From the NCBI GenBank assembly GCA_045837725.1, contig JBEWZL010000272.1:186001-250000 (forward strand): a DNA stretch of 64,000 nt, in the 5' to 3' direction. Under the pieces are notes generated by a model. That model had not been told where the DNA came from. It was given only the letters and a program-made list of their open reading frames with translations, and did no database searches. Source of the stretch: Vermamoeba vermiformis. Taxonomy: Eukaryota. The translations under genes and the position numbers were made by a program. Of the stretch, positions 23,275 to 34,915 are shown piece by piece (position 1 is the first letter of the stretch; the number at the start of each line of letters is the position of its first letter).

Positions 23275-24790
23275 ATGCAACCTCTTCAAGATATAATGGA
23301 GGATCGTCAATACGAAGTTAGAGAGTACGGTGGTGCAAAGTGCGAGATGTCGAAAAAGGCAAAGGGCGCTCTTATCGTCCTCGGCGGTATTTTACTTGTC
23401 GTTGGTGTTATTATTTTTGCAGTCAGTTGGGAGACATTAGAACCACTTGAATATGGTTTAGTAAGTACCCGCAACAGCCACAAATATTAATTTATAATTT
23501 ACAATCGAAAGGATATTTATAGAATTCCAATTATTCAGCTCTTTATATTATGATCGCGCATTATTATAATATTATCAAATTGTTTTGATTAAAATAACTC
23601 CTAAATCAAAGCGCGATCCGATGCGCCAAAATTGGAATTTCATATTTGTGCACCATTTAACTTCTTTCTCGCAGGTCTATAACAAGGTTACTGGTACAGT
23701 TAATACAAACGACGTCTACGAAAGTGGACGTTACATTATTGGCCCTGCCCATACTTTCATCAGATTCCCTCGTGCTTGGACCACTCTCGAATTTTCAAAC
23801 CGAGATGGTGCTCCTGAGTCACCCGTAAGTATACTATTATAATAACGACCGCATAAACTCGAAATTGCAACTTATAAGAGTATCGAAGATCTGATCTCCG
23901 ATCTCGAGCCGTTACATAGCGTTACGTACTAACCTTATCGAATTCTGACTATAGATCGTTACTCGTACGCGCGATGGTGTTCCAATTACAGTATCTTTCT
24001 CTTTCCAATACCAGATCAAGCGAGAAAACGTGTCTCAGCTTTACGAAAAATACGGCACTAACTACGAAGGTAAACTAAATATAGCGCGACTTTAAGACCG
24101 TTCATGAATACTAACTCGATGCTATTTTTAGCTCCTATGACTCGTGTTGCTCGTAACTACATCTTGCAAGCCGCATCTAACTACGAAGCGTTGGCTTACT
24201 GGCGAAACCGCACTCAAGTCGAAGTTGAAATGTTCGACTTTATCCAAACTAACGTCGGTCAAAACATGCACGTTGAAATTAAGATGATTCAGTTGTTGAA
24301 GATCGAATTGCCGCAAAAGTTCGAAGACTCCATTATCAACTCGCAAGTGCAACAACAACAAATGCAAACTCAAGAGTATTTGCAACAGACTACTAAGATC
24401 TTGTTGAAGATCAAGCAGCTCTACGCTGAGGCTCAATACAACTGCACTTTGATTGGTAAGAACGGATCCAAAGAAAACTTAAAAAATTTCCTTTTATGGA
24501 TCCGTAAAATTGGATCTTGCGTCCTAACTTTCGTTTTGCACGTAATATCGATACTAACGCTATATTATATGACTATAGCCAGTTCTGCCGATGCTACAGC
24601 AATTGGTTTGCAAAATCAAGCGCAGTCAACAGCTTTCCAGTTCACGCAAGACACTCAAGCCACGGCTATTAAACAATTCGCCGATAAATTGGGCATGAAA
24701 TCGAACGAGCTGTTGGAGTACTTGAAGATCCGCAACATTCGTAACAAACAGAACGGCAAGACTTTGAAGGTTGGATTGACTTATAATTAA
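23275..24790 (+). CDS. SPFH/band-7 (prohibitin-like) membrane protein 2
   Basis: TM, then LEPLEYGL...SGRYIIGPAHTFIRFP, TRDGVPITVSFSFQYQI, LKIELPQKFEDSI and a Gln-rich coiled coil. Paralog of the adjacent divergent gene. Start could be 23275 or 23296. Confidence 0.85.
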
Positions 24791-24850
24791 TTTGTTTAGC
24801 ATCAGTGTTTAAATGTTTATTTCTGAAAAAAACCATGGCGATAAAGAGTG

Positions 24851-27800
24851 TCACTCTCCATCTGCTGTTCTCTGTGGCATTTGATATTCAATCTCAAGAC
24901 CTGCCAAATTAATTGTGGAGTTATCTTTAAGAGGTGGTGGTGGTGCACCTGCAGTTCTGGGAATACCAAGCTCAGGGAAATATTGTCCATTTAGCTCTTC
25001 AAGGTATGGTGTGATCAGCAAAATCGGGTGTTTTTTACCCTTCTCAGAAGAATTCCATTTTTGCACCATGTGCCAAACCTCAGGTGCAAAGCCTTGTGCA
25101 TAAACAGCCTGCAAACATTGAGATCAGCTTTGATATTAGAATTGTACTAAGTACTTACTCTAACCCAAAGTTTGTCTTTGATAGTTTCATGCATTGTTTC
25201 ACGCCAATGACTTCTGTTAGCTGCAACATTGCGACCTAAATGATAGAAATTGACGTAGTTGGTGACTGGCAATGCTTTTTCCATAAACACCTTCTTGCCG
25301 ACTGAGTCTTTCAAATTCTTTGTTTGAAGAACAAGGTATCCAACCACTTTGTTTTCATCTTTCAACAGCAAAATTGAATCTGGGCCAAGCATATTTGGCT
25401 GAAAGTTAAATGGCAGCAGCTTTGAATAGTGTATTTCATTGAATATGAGATGGGGCATTGGCAGTCCACAATCTACTGGGGAAGTGACAATAATATTTTG
25501 CTGCAACTTGAGGTGCATTATCTCTTCAGGCATATCGCAGTGTGGAGCCAATTCAAACAGAGGTGTTTGATATTCAGACATTCGCTTGAGGATGAGAGCA
25601 ACGAAGCACTCTCCAAGTTTACCAGCCAGACCTGAAGCATCCAGGTAACAGAACATCTACAAAAGAATTTCATAACTGTTCTAATTCTGTTGTGATTCAC
25701 TTACTTGCAATAGTTTTTCATAGGGAAGCTTTTTGAAGCATAAATGGATGTAGTAATCAAATTGAAGTGGTTTTTGGGTACCATCCAGGGGAGTTGGAGC
25801 AGGGATTGAAGGTGCCAAGCCCAACTGCACTAGCTCTTGCACAACAAAGGGGTTTGTTTCAATAATTTCATCAGTAGATAGACTGGTTTTCACCACAGTT
25901 AGCAGTAGCTAAATATTGTTAGAAGCAACATAAACTGACTTGCAACTTACATGTTTGTGATTTCCCTTTAAATTTTTGTCTTTCTTTGCAGGTGCCAGGC
26001 AAATATCTTCAACTAATGGGAAAAGGTGGGCTTGTGCAACATAATCTTGGGCCCGTAGTTCAGCAGCTGCATCTCCTTTTACCAACCATTTTTGCAGAAA
26101 TTGCTCTAATGTGTGGTTTGCAGGTAAATCATATGGCAAGGCCTCGAACAACTTGAACAAATACAAAGGTCTAGAGGATAGCCTGTTAAGTTGGACTGCA
26201 TGGTTTTTCTTAAGCAATACCGCAGCATTTGTTCCAAAGGCAGAGGTAATCAGGGAATAGAATCTCTGTAGTGTCTTTCTGGGATCTTCTGCCACCCAGT
26301 AACCATGCACTGGATACCTCTCTTTGACAATTTTACTTGCTGGTAGCTGGTTCAACACACTCCCAGATGTTGAGATCATTAATTGCTAGTTAAGTGTTAG
26401 AAACAATCATTAAAGTTAAAATAAACACACTGGAATATTCTTAGCTGTAAATTTCTCCATGGCTAACATCAAAAGGTAGAAGACTGAGGTTTGTCTTTGG
26501 AAATTTGCAGTTGGTTTGAACTTATTTTGCTGTTCTATTCTTAGCTGCTTTAGCTACATTAACACATTAGAAGTTGTACTTAATTCCAAGCAGCTTTAAT
26601 TACCAATGATCTTTTGTGTTTCTCTTTTAATGCTCCAGCATCCTGCAATAACTGCCCAGCTAACATTGTTTCAGCCTCATGAACTTCATCATAGATAAAT
26701 GCAGTCAATTTGTTGTGAAAGGCCACATTCAGCATCTCAGTTTCAAATGTGGAGAAGCTGTCCATCTTGCTAATGTATGACAAGTTTTTGACAAACATGT
26801 CAAATAGAAGATTTTTTCCGCTGCTTAGTGTTGCACGAATGAAAGCCAAATGGAGATCTTCTTGCTTAATTTTTCCATGAGCTGCTAAATATTAGACAGG
26901 CAAACCATAAATTGATGAAGGTACCTTCTGCAAAAAAATACTTGGCAAATTCCAGAAATGTCAAAGGAATCAATTTAACAACATTCACAGCCATGTTGCA
27001 AAACTCTTCTTCTTTTTGAAACTGATCATTGATAGATAGCCTATTGTCACCATAAGCCATCTGCCTTGCTGCTGCAATAAAATTTGTAGCTTGCTGAAGA
27101 ATTGCATGATGAAATGATCTTGAGAACCACATGACAACTGCACCATGCTGGATGGCATAGGACAATGCAAGTTGTGTTTTGCCAACTCCACTCACTACAG
27201 AAAAACAGGTTAGAGCAGGAATGGTGATTCACAACATGTACTTTGTACCAAGGCAAGAATGTACTTTTCTTGAGCACTCTTCTCTCTTATTTCTTTCAAT
27301 TGAGACTCCAACTCCATCAACTTATCTGACTTTGCTAAATCATCAAAAAAGTAAGGTGACCACCTGCATCCTTCAGAAGATAATGGCAGTGGATTCACAA
27401 TGAGCTTGCTTAGTTTTTGTTGCTGATAATGTGTGTCCTTTGATAATTTCATGACATGTGCCACATTTGCTACCAATTCTGCCATCTTTTCTTTGATAGA
27501 TTCTTCAGTAACAGTTGTTGGTAGTGGTGCCCAAATGAGGTCTGTGGAATTAAAGCTTAATAAAAATGACTTCATTGATATTATTCTTACTTTCTGTAAG
27601 TTTATCAATGGCCACACGAAGTCTTGAAGCAAGGCTTGCAGAAAAAACTTTCTCTTCTCCCTTTTGTTGGAACAGATTCCAGAACGTCTGGCCTGCAAAG
27701 CCACGATTTCTTATTGTACGCAATTCTTGATTGGTCACTGGAAGCTGCTTAATCCATTCAATCAATTCTTCTGCACTCAGTTTGATAACTGCGAGTGTTG

Positions 27801-28258
27801 GTTATTAGAATCTGCAAATTCGTTAAATTATGTCATACATGGTTTATCAGAGTGGGGTAAGCGTAGTTCTTGCTCTCGTAAAGAGATTATCGTGCTAGTG
27901 GCCAAGACAGCGGGGCTTGCCAGCATTGTTCTGGTAGGGTGCAGTGGACCAAGAGCAGAATCGTGAAAAGCGCTACCATAGCATTAATTGTAAAGTTTAT
28001 TTAATTGAAAATTACCGTTTAGTGCACGGATTTTTGGCAGCGAATAAGTTTTCCTCGTCATTCTTTTTTTTTACCGAGGTCAATTTAAGATCTGACTTCA
28101 CGTAGGTAATAACTGGTTGCAATTGAAACTCCATTAAATAATTCCGTCATTATTATGATTTTGCCTAATTGTTACCTACACTTGCTGCCAGATCGCCCGA
28201 AACGCAAATCTGCCTTGCGAAACGCGTGTGAACTCACTCGTTGAATGAGGCGAAACAT
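24851..28258 (-). CDS. Crinkler/RHS (CR)-type effector-like protein: possible mitochondrial presequence, SAM-like header, P-loop NTPase and PD-(D/E)xK-like nuclease
   Basis: Spliced model: MFRLIQRVSSHAFRKADLRFGRSG...; SAM-like LSAEELIEWIKQLP...RGFAGQTFWNL...LASRLRVAIDKL; Walker A QMSGVGKT; Walker B AFIYDEVH; nuclease-like GPDSILL...YLVLQTK. The 5' exons are less certain. Confidence 0.7.
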
Positions 28259-28507
28259 CCTTCCAAATTCACTAAATTAGTTCAATTGAACAAGACTCTG
28301 CCTCTTAGTCTTTAAGAATGCAAAAAGAGTTTTTTGGTCATTTTTAGTTCGAAGTCGAACGTAATCCGCTGGTCTGATTTAAGAGGTAGGTCGTTAAATT
28401 TGTGGGGTTTCAACTTGTCCCGAGACGAAAATTGCTAGAATAGATTTTTTATTTCCAGAAAAAGCTGCATTCAAGATCCGGATCTTCAACTTGCCTTCCT
28501 CCGTTCA

Positions 28508-31500
28508 CTACAAAGCTACCACGTTGACGTTCGGAGTGAGGTACTGTAAATGCAGTTTCATATTCATCGCGCCTTTGTCATCAATAAACACACTTCTTGG
28601 AGTAATGTACTCTTGAATGTGCGGTAATTCGTCTTCGTTGGCTAAACCACGAACATTTTTACGTTTGTCTTCGGGAACGAGATAATTCTTCAACAGGAAA
28701 GTCGTCCATGTGTTGTGCTTGCTTCCGTAGGTGAAAATATATGATCCGTCTGTGAGGACGAAGAATTAGGACTTATCGTGGCTTCATAATAAAAATGACA
28801 GGTGTCAACGACGAGCAATGCCATTTGACTCGTGTCAAAGAGGTGTCTTTTCGCTTACCGAGATTCATGTTATCGACTTGCTTGTTTGACGTGGACAAAA
28901 GAGTCAAGACGAAGTTCGAGAAACAATGTTTCATAATTGACTCGTTGTTATGGACTAGCCCGTTAAGATTAGCATGACTACCGCTTGACAATAATAATCG
29001 TAGTAAGTTACTTACGCCCAAATAGATCATTTTCTTCGAGTATCAAACTGACCCAAACAACGTGTTGATCTTTTTTTCGAGTCCAACTTGACACGCCTGC
29101 AGAATACATCAGTATTGTCATATAATATCATGCTTTGACTTACCAGCTGTGCTTGCCGGCCTTAACAGGTTCTGATATAATTTCAAAAGTTTTGTTCTGC
29201 CAGAGCGCATCGAGACCGGTGAACTTCACATCGACAGAAAAGAATTCATAGTCCAAGCGAGAAAGACTAGTATTGATATCTAACAGAATTGCATTATTAT
29301 CGATTGATTGATATGGAATTTAGAGTTTAGGGCTACGTACAACTTAACGGTGAAGATGATTCGAGTGCTAAGTTATGCGTCAAAGCTTTGCCAGAATTTT
29401 CGCAAGGAACGATGATGTCCAAATAGAAGCACTGTAACATGCCTTTAACAACGAGGTTAGAATTAATTTTGCGGTTTTAGTGGTGCGTACTCGATGCGTA
29501 AGTTGAGAACTCGGTTTCGTTCAATATTGGCTTGAATTCTTCAACGGAACTTGCGACTGGCAATTTTGGTTTGAATTTGCTAAATTAGGAAATGTTAATA
29601 ACCGCGAATCATTCTTTGATGACTTACTTCAAGTAGTACTGTGCATTGCCCCATTGGTGGTTCGATAATTCGATTGACACAGATTCGTACCTCGGAGCTT
29701 CGGCCTTGAAGAATTTAATACTACCGTTAGTATTGATTACCATATAAGGAAATTTAATGATCAGTTAGTTTACGTACCCAAAATTGTCGCAATTGATCGA
29801 CAGTCAACAATGCCAAGTCGCGTAGTTTAGCGTATTCTTTTGACAGACTATTTTCTCCAGCACGTTTCAATGCATCATTTTCTAAGAGTGACCAACGCAT
29901 ACGACCGATCGAGATGCTAAAAGTTAACGAATGAGTTAGTTGGAGCGAAATTTCGTGGGGTAAATGTGGGACTTGCCCTTTCTGCCAACGAAGATTCCAA
30001 GCGGTAATTTTTGAGACTAACCGCTCAAAATTGAAGTTATATAGCGTCCTTGACAAGAGAACTACTTTAGCGAGGCTCATTAATTCCACTAATTTATGAA
30101 CATTCGACGGCAACTCTTCGACACGTGGATCTTCCGGCAGATCGCAGTCTGAAAACCAAAACAAGCATCATGAATAAATCATACATATATTTCCTAATAT
30201 AGTAATGTACTTACCAAATCCACCTAGTGCGTGATTTCTGAGAGTGTACGGCAAACAAGTAGAAAATCCTCTTTCATCGTACTTTGAGAGCCTCGTGTAC
30301 TGCAGCTTATTTGACAGATTCATATCACTGTCTAAAAAGTTGAGAGCAGTACTCATCGATAATACGAAGCGGGGTAAGGCGAGGACTTGACTGCCGTTGT
30401 AGCCGACGGTTATACAGTCCAAGTCGAAGGAGCACAACACTTCTGTTGGAGACTTGTACAATCTGTTTGCGAGTTAATAAAGTGATATAACCATTATATA
30501 TGTTAAATAATAGTCATTATATATAAAATGCAGCCGTTGATAATTTTGTGGCTGTCGTATTCGGATCCAAATCCCGAGGTCGTTCGCAAAGTCAACACTG
30601 TATGAGTTTAAGGTATTGCATTACGTACCCAGTAATGACTTGAATAGGCCTAAATGGCAAATCGGCAAAGAAAGTAAAAGTGTTCTTCGTTTTCAGGACA
30701 TGAAGTTTTCGGTCGCCGATCTTGCGTTGTAAGACATCCCAAATGTGTTGCAACTAGGAATATGGCGTTAAAAATTGCAGCGAGAAATTATAAGTATTTA
30801 CAAAAGTAATCTAAAGCTCTACAAAAAAATTTGGATCCCACATCCGAATTTTCTTGCGGGTTTTTTAAATAGAACTTCGTATTACCTTTTCTTGAGCACC
30901 TTTCTTTTCCAAACCAACCAAATAGAGATCGATATCAGAGGTACTGTTGCCTCCTGGCAAGTTGCGCAAACAAGCCAAGACCGATCCGCCAGCAGCAAAA
31001 CAATTCGACCAATCCAATTCGTCCAATAGACCACAAGTGAATGTACTCCAATTCTTTTTGAAAGTCTCGTGGTCTACAACAGGGCCTAAAGCTCGGTACG
31101 AGTCGTCTTCCATGTAGTATTCATCGTCGCTGCTATCGAGGTTCTTATTATTTTGTTTCGAATAGTCAAAGCCACAAATAATAGTATCCTGATAAAGTAA
31201 GTCTGTCAGAAAAAAGCAAAACAACCAATTTTTCGGATTCGATCTGTTTTGTACTGGCTAAAAGCAGCTCACCACAATATACAAATAAGCTACCGCCAGT
31301 AAAATAAGCACTGCGGTATCTAATAGTATACTTACAGGTGCGCATTCTAATTTTGTGGTGACAAGGCACTTGGCAGGAACTTCCTCGAACACGTTCAAAA
31401 GGATCTTGTCTTGGTTTTCGAGGAGGTATTCATTTTCAGGTGCGTATTCATATAAATAACGCAGCATGTCTTCTTCTTGCTTCATACTACGTAAAATATG

Positions 31501-32388
31501 CGTTAGGATCAAGGTCAGATCGACAATCCCACGAATATCCCAGAAATGGAAAGAAACGAATAGAGGCTGAATTGATTTTCGATAACATTAAATGTTTGTA
31601 TCGGAGTTAATATTTACCAACTAAGCAAGGTCGGCAAAGTATCTTTTGTCGGATGCGCTAGCATGTCCCAGATGTCGTCTCCGTAGTACTTTTTCAACGC
31701 GGTGAAGGTAAGCTGTGGCAAAATACCCTTCTTAGCATGCTCAGGCAGTTGTTTAAGATTGGCAAACAGCGCTAATACGAGCTAGTTAGAAAAAGGTCCA
31801 ATAAGACCGGATCGAAGTTTCTTCGTTCTTACTCGGGAGTTGATCTGCCTGCTCCTTCGATGCAGTAAGAGTATTGATCACCTTCGTAATAGAGAATAGA
31901 GCGTATTGAAATAAGGTCGGTATGCGGTGGGTAGAATGGCACTCAAAAGAAGAATTCAATTCGACGCCTGATGAAAATCAATGTCAGATCCATTTACATT
32001 AAAAATTGAGGGGTAAATTTTGATTATTGGGATATAATATCAAAGATTGCGCTTGAGTTAGCGACTCAAGATGTCATTACCTCCCGTGGCATACTTTCTA
32101 CTCTCTTCTTCCTCGACAGCTTCTGTTATTTCTAATCTATCGTCGGGGCCTGGAGCGAATATTTCCTGAATAAAATAAATAAATAAACGATTAATTCAGA
32201 TCTGATTGCCTCGCTAGACACGGGGCGCAAGAGGATTTTTGCAATATAATAATTTTAATTAAATCTCTATGGTAATATTATTCGTGGTCAAACTTACGCC
32301 TTGCAGAAAGTCGTTGAAATTATCTAAAAACAACGGATTAGATTTTTTGTGATTTATTTTGTATGTTTCGAGGGTTTATACCGTTCAT
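28508..32388 (-). CDS. Pol-beta-superfamily nucleotidyltransferase-like domain fused to a C-terminal MATH/TRAF domain (multi-exon; apparent indel in the T7 run 29071-29077)
   Basis: FAAGGSVLACL...SDIDLYLVGL, RPIQVI, YKSPTEVLCSFDLDC, RLSKYDERGF. C-terminal ISEPVKAGKHSWRVKL..DQHVVWVSLIL..FSNFVLTLLS..YIFTYG..TWTTFL..FIDDKGAMNMKLHL follows the MATH beta-sandwich pattern. Confidence 0.75.
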
Positions 32389-32814
32389 TGTGGTGTTCTA
32401 CACGAGAAAAAATGATAGAATGGCATTTTTTATTTCCAGGAAAAGCTAAGACTCGCATCAGGTCAATCCGTTTTAGATCTTCGAAGATCTTTAGAATCAC
32501 GAAAACCAATATTTACGTGGCAGTGTATGGTACACTAAAATAAGGTTGTAGACGAGAAGCCATCCTGTGGCTGAGGTGCGTTGATGATCACGTGGCGGAT
32601 CGGTGAATTTCGTGGAAATTACAGCGCTACTGGCTGCGAAAGCGGTACCAACAAAATCTGCTGGGCTCAACGCGAACCATTTCCTTTTAACTTTAATCGT
32701 GTATTACCACGCAGCACAAAAGACTTACCGAATAGTCTTTGATTGTATTTTATAACTTTTTTGTATTTTTTGTTTTGTACAGTATCTTTCCAGATCTAAA
32801 CCACACATATCATC

Positions 32815-34653
32815 ATGGCTGATAATCACGAACAAAACGGCACCGCCAAGACTACTACTGTCGTCACCAAGCCCAACAGCGCCGATCCTGAAGTCGAGCG
32901 CAAGTTGCGTGAGATGAAGAGTCACTTCCCTTTGAAGGAACAAGAGGCACACTACTTGGTATGTACTTTGCTTTATTAATAGGCAGAGATCGATCAGTAC
33001 ATTAAGAATTAACAAAAGACGAAGTATCACAAAATCTTTTGGGATGTCGTTGCAAATACGAATTATTAGTAATTTTGAAAAATAATCTACCGCGGTCTAT
33101 TATACGTACATGTAATATACAGCGCATTTAAAGCATTTTTGAATTTTATTTGTTAATTTAACCGTCGCAGTTTTGAACTCGTATTTGCACGAACTTCGTT
33201 CAATTAAATGTTCATCGCGCATATATGCTATCTATTATTAAGGTCTCCTATTCTAACGTGTTATTATTAGCTTGGTGAGAAGAATCAGAGCTCAACGATC
33301 GACATCAACAAGGAGAAAGCCACAATCTTTTTCAAGGACTGCGTTGACGGCGAATACGTTATTGAAAGCACTTGCGCTCGTATTTTAATCGGTAAGAATA
33401 TTATATCGATGTTATAGAAGTTAATAGACGGGTTTCAAGTTCGGATCAGCGATGATTGTAGTTTGTTTTGTTAGCAAATTTATTTTTACTATTTCGAGGT
33501 TAAAATAGCTTATTAATGATTTAATGTAGAGGATTGCCACAACTGCAAAATTACTGTTAATGGCCGTGTTATGAGCAGCGTGATCGAAGCCTGGAAATGC
33601 GAAAACTTGAATATTACCGTAAGTTGAACGAGAAAAAATTATGATTATAATAACGTGTAATATTTATATTACGATTTATGCATAATCTTAAATTTGGGTC
33701 CGTCAGTTTTTAAACGATTATCGGATCTTCCTTTATTCAAATATTAGGCCGAACAAAATAAGTCTAATTATTGTTATTTTATTATAGAACAACACTAAGG
33801 TTCACACGCTCCAATTCGACATCAGCACGAACATCAATGTTCACTTCAACAAGAAAGACGATTTCCACATGGTGATCTGGGCCGGTCTTCATGATTTTAC
33901 TATGACTTTTGGCAATGATGGTAAGTACTATACTAAGGCATTATTAATATTGTCATATACTTTAATTAGAGCGTTTTGGCATTTTGCGCAAAATTCCTTC
34001 GCAACATAATTATTTTCATCGCGTACTGACTAATTGAGTCCTAGTTACACTTTCATTAAAATAAGCTAATATAATGTTATTATAATGATATAGATATTAA
34101 CGTTATTATTTTCAAGCTACTGTTTTGAAGACTGGTGTCGCTCAAATGAAGGAGACTTATGGCGCTGAGACAGTTGATGACCGACAGTCTCAATTCATCG
34201 TCCGATTCATCGAGGGTTCATTGCTCTCTGAGCGCATTGTTCGTCTGCCTAACGGTTATCCTACCACTGAACGCGAAAAGAAGATCTACGAAGAGAACCA
34301 ACAGAAGAAAGAAGACGAGCTCAGGAAATTACTTCAGGTAAATATACTAATATATGTTATAGTATTTTAATACCAATCAGTTGGTTTGCTATTTTTGGTC
34401 GCGAATTACGAATTTAAAGCTAAATTTCTGATCTCGATCGGGACGCGATCCGACGCACTTTAATGATGGTTAACTGACCAAAATTAAATAGATGGTTCCT
34501 TCTGAAGTTATTGCCAAGCAAATCCAACAAAGCAGCACTATTAACGAGATGCGTCAAATGATTAGAGCCAAGCCTAGCGACCCTAAAGTTGGCCGAAACG
34601 ACGATTGCCCGTGCGGTAGCGGCAAGAAGTACAAGAAGTGCTGCGGCAAATAA
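32815..34653 (+). CDS. C-CAP/cofactor-C-like beta-helix protein with a C-terminal SEC-C zinc motif
   Basis: Spliced [38 protein letters not shown] repeats. Ends [22 protein letters not shown]. Confidence 0.85.
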
Positions 34654-34915
34654 GACCTTTAATATATGCCCCTCAATTGACCCTTTGTACACCTTCTTTA
34701 TCGCGAAGTTTATAATTAATTTATTGAAATGAAACAACCTAAAGAAATAAACAACAAATAACAAAATATGTCTTATGCAAAATGTTTTTGTACGATGGAT
34801 CGACCGCAGCGGCTGCACCGGATCAGCCTCGTTTTTTCCTGGAATTAGATCGAGCCAAAAGGAAAATCTCTTGTTTTTTCCTTCTTCAATAATATTTTTT
34901 GACGACGTACCACAA

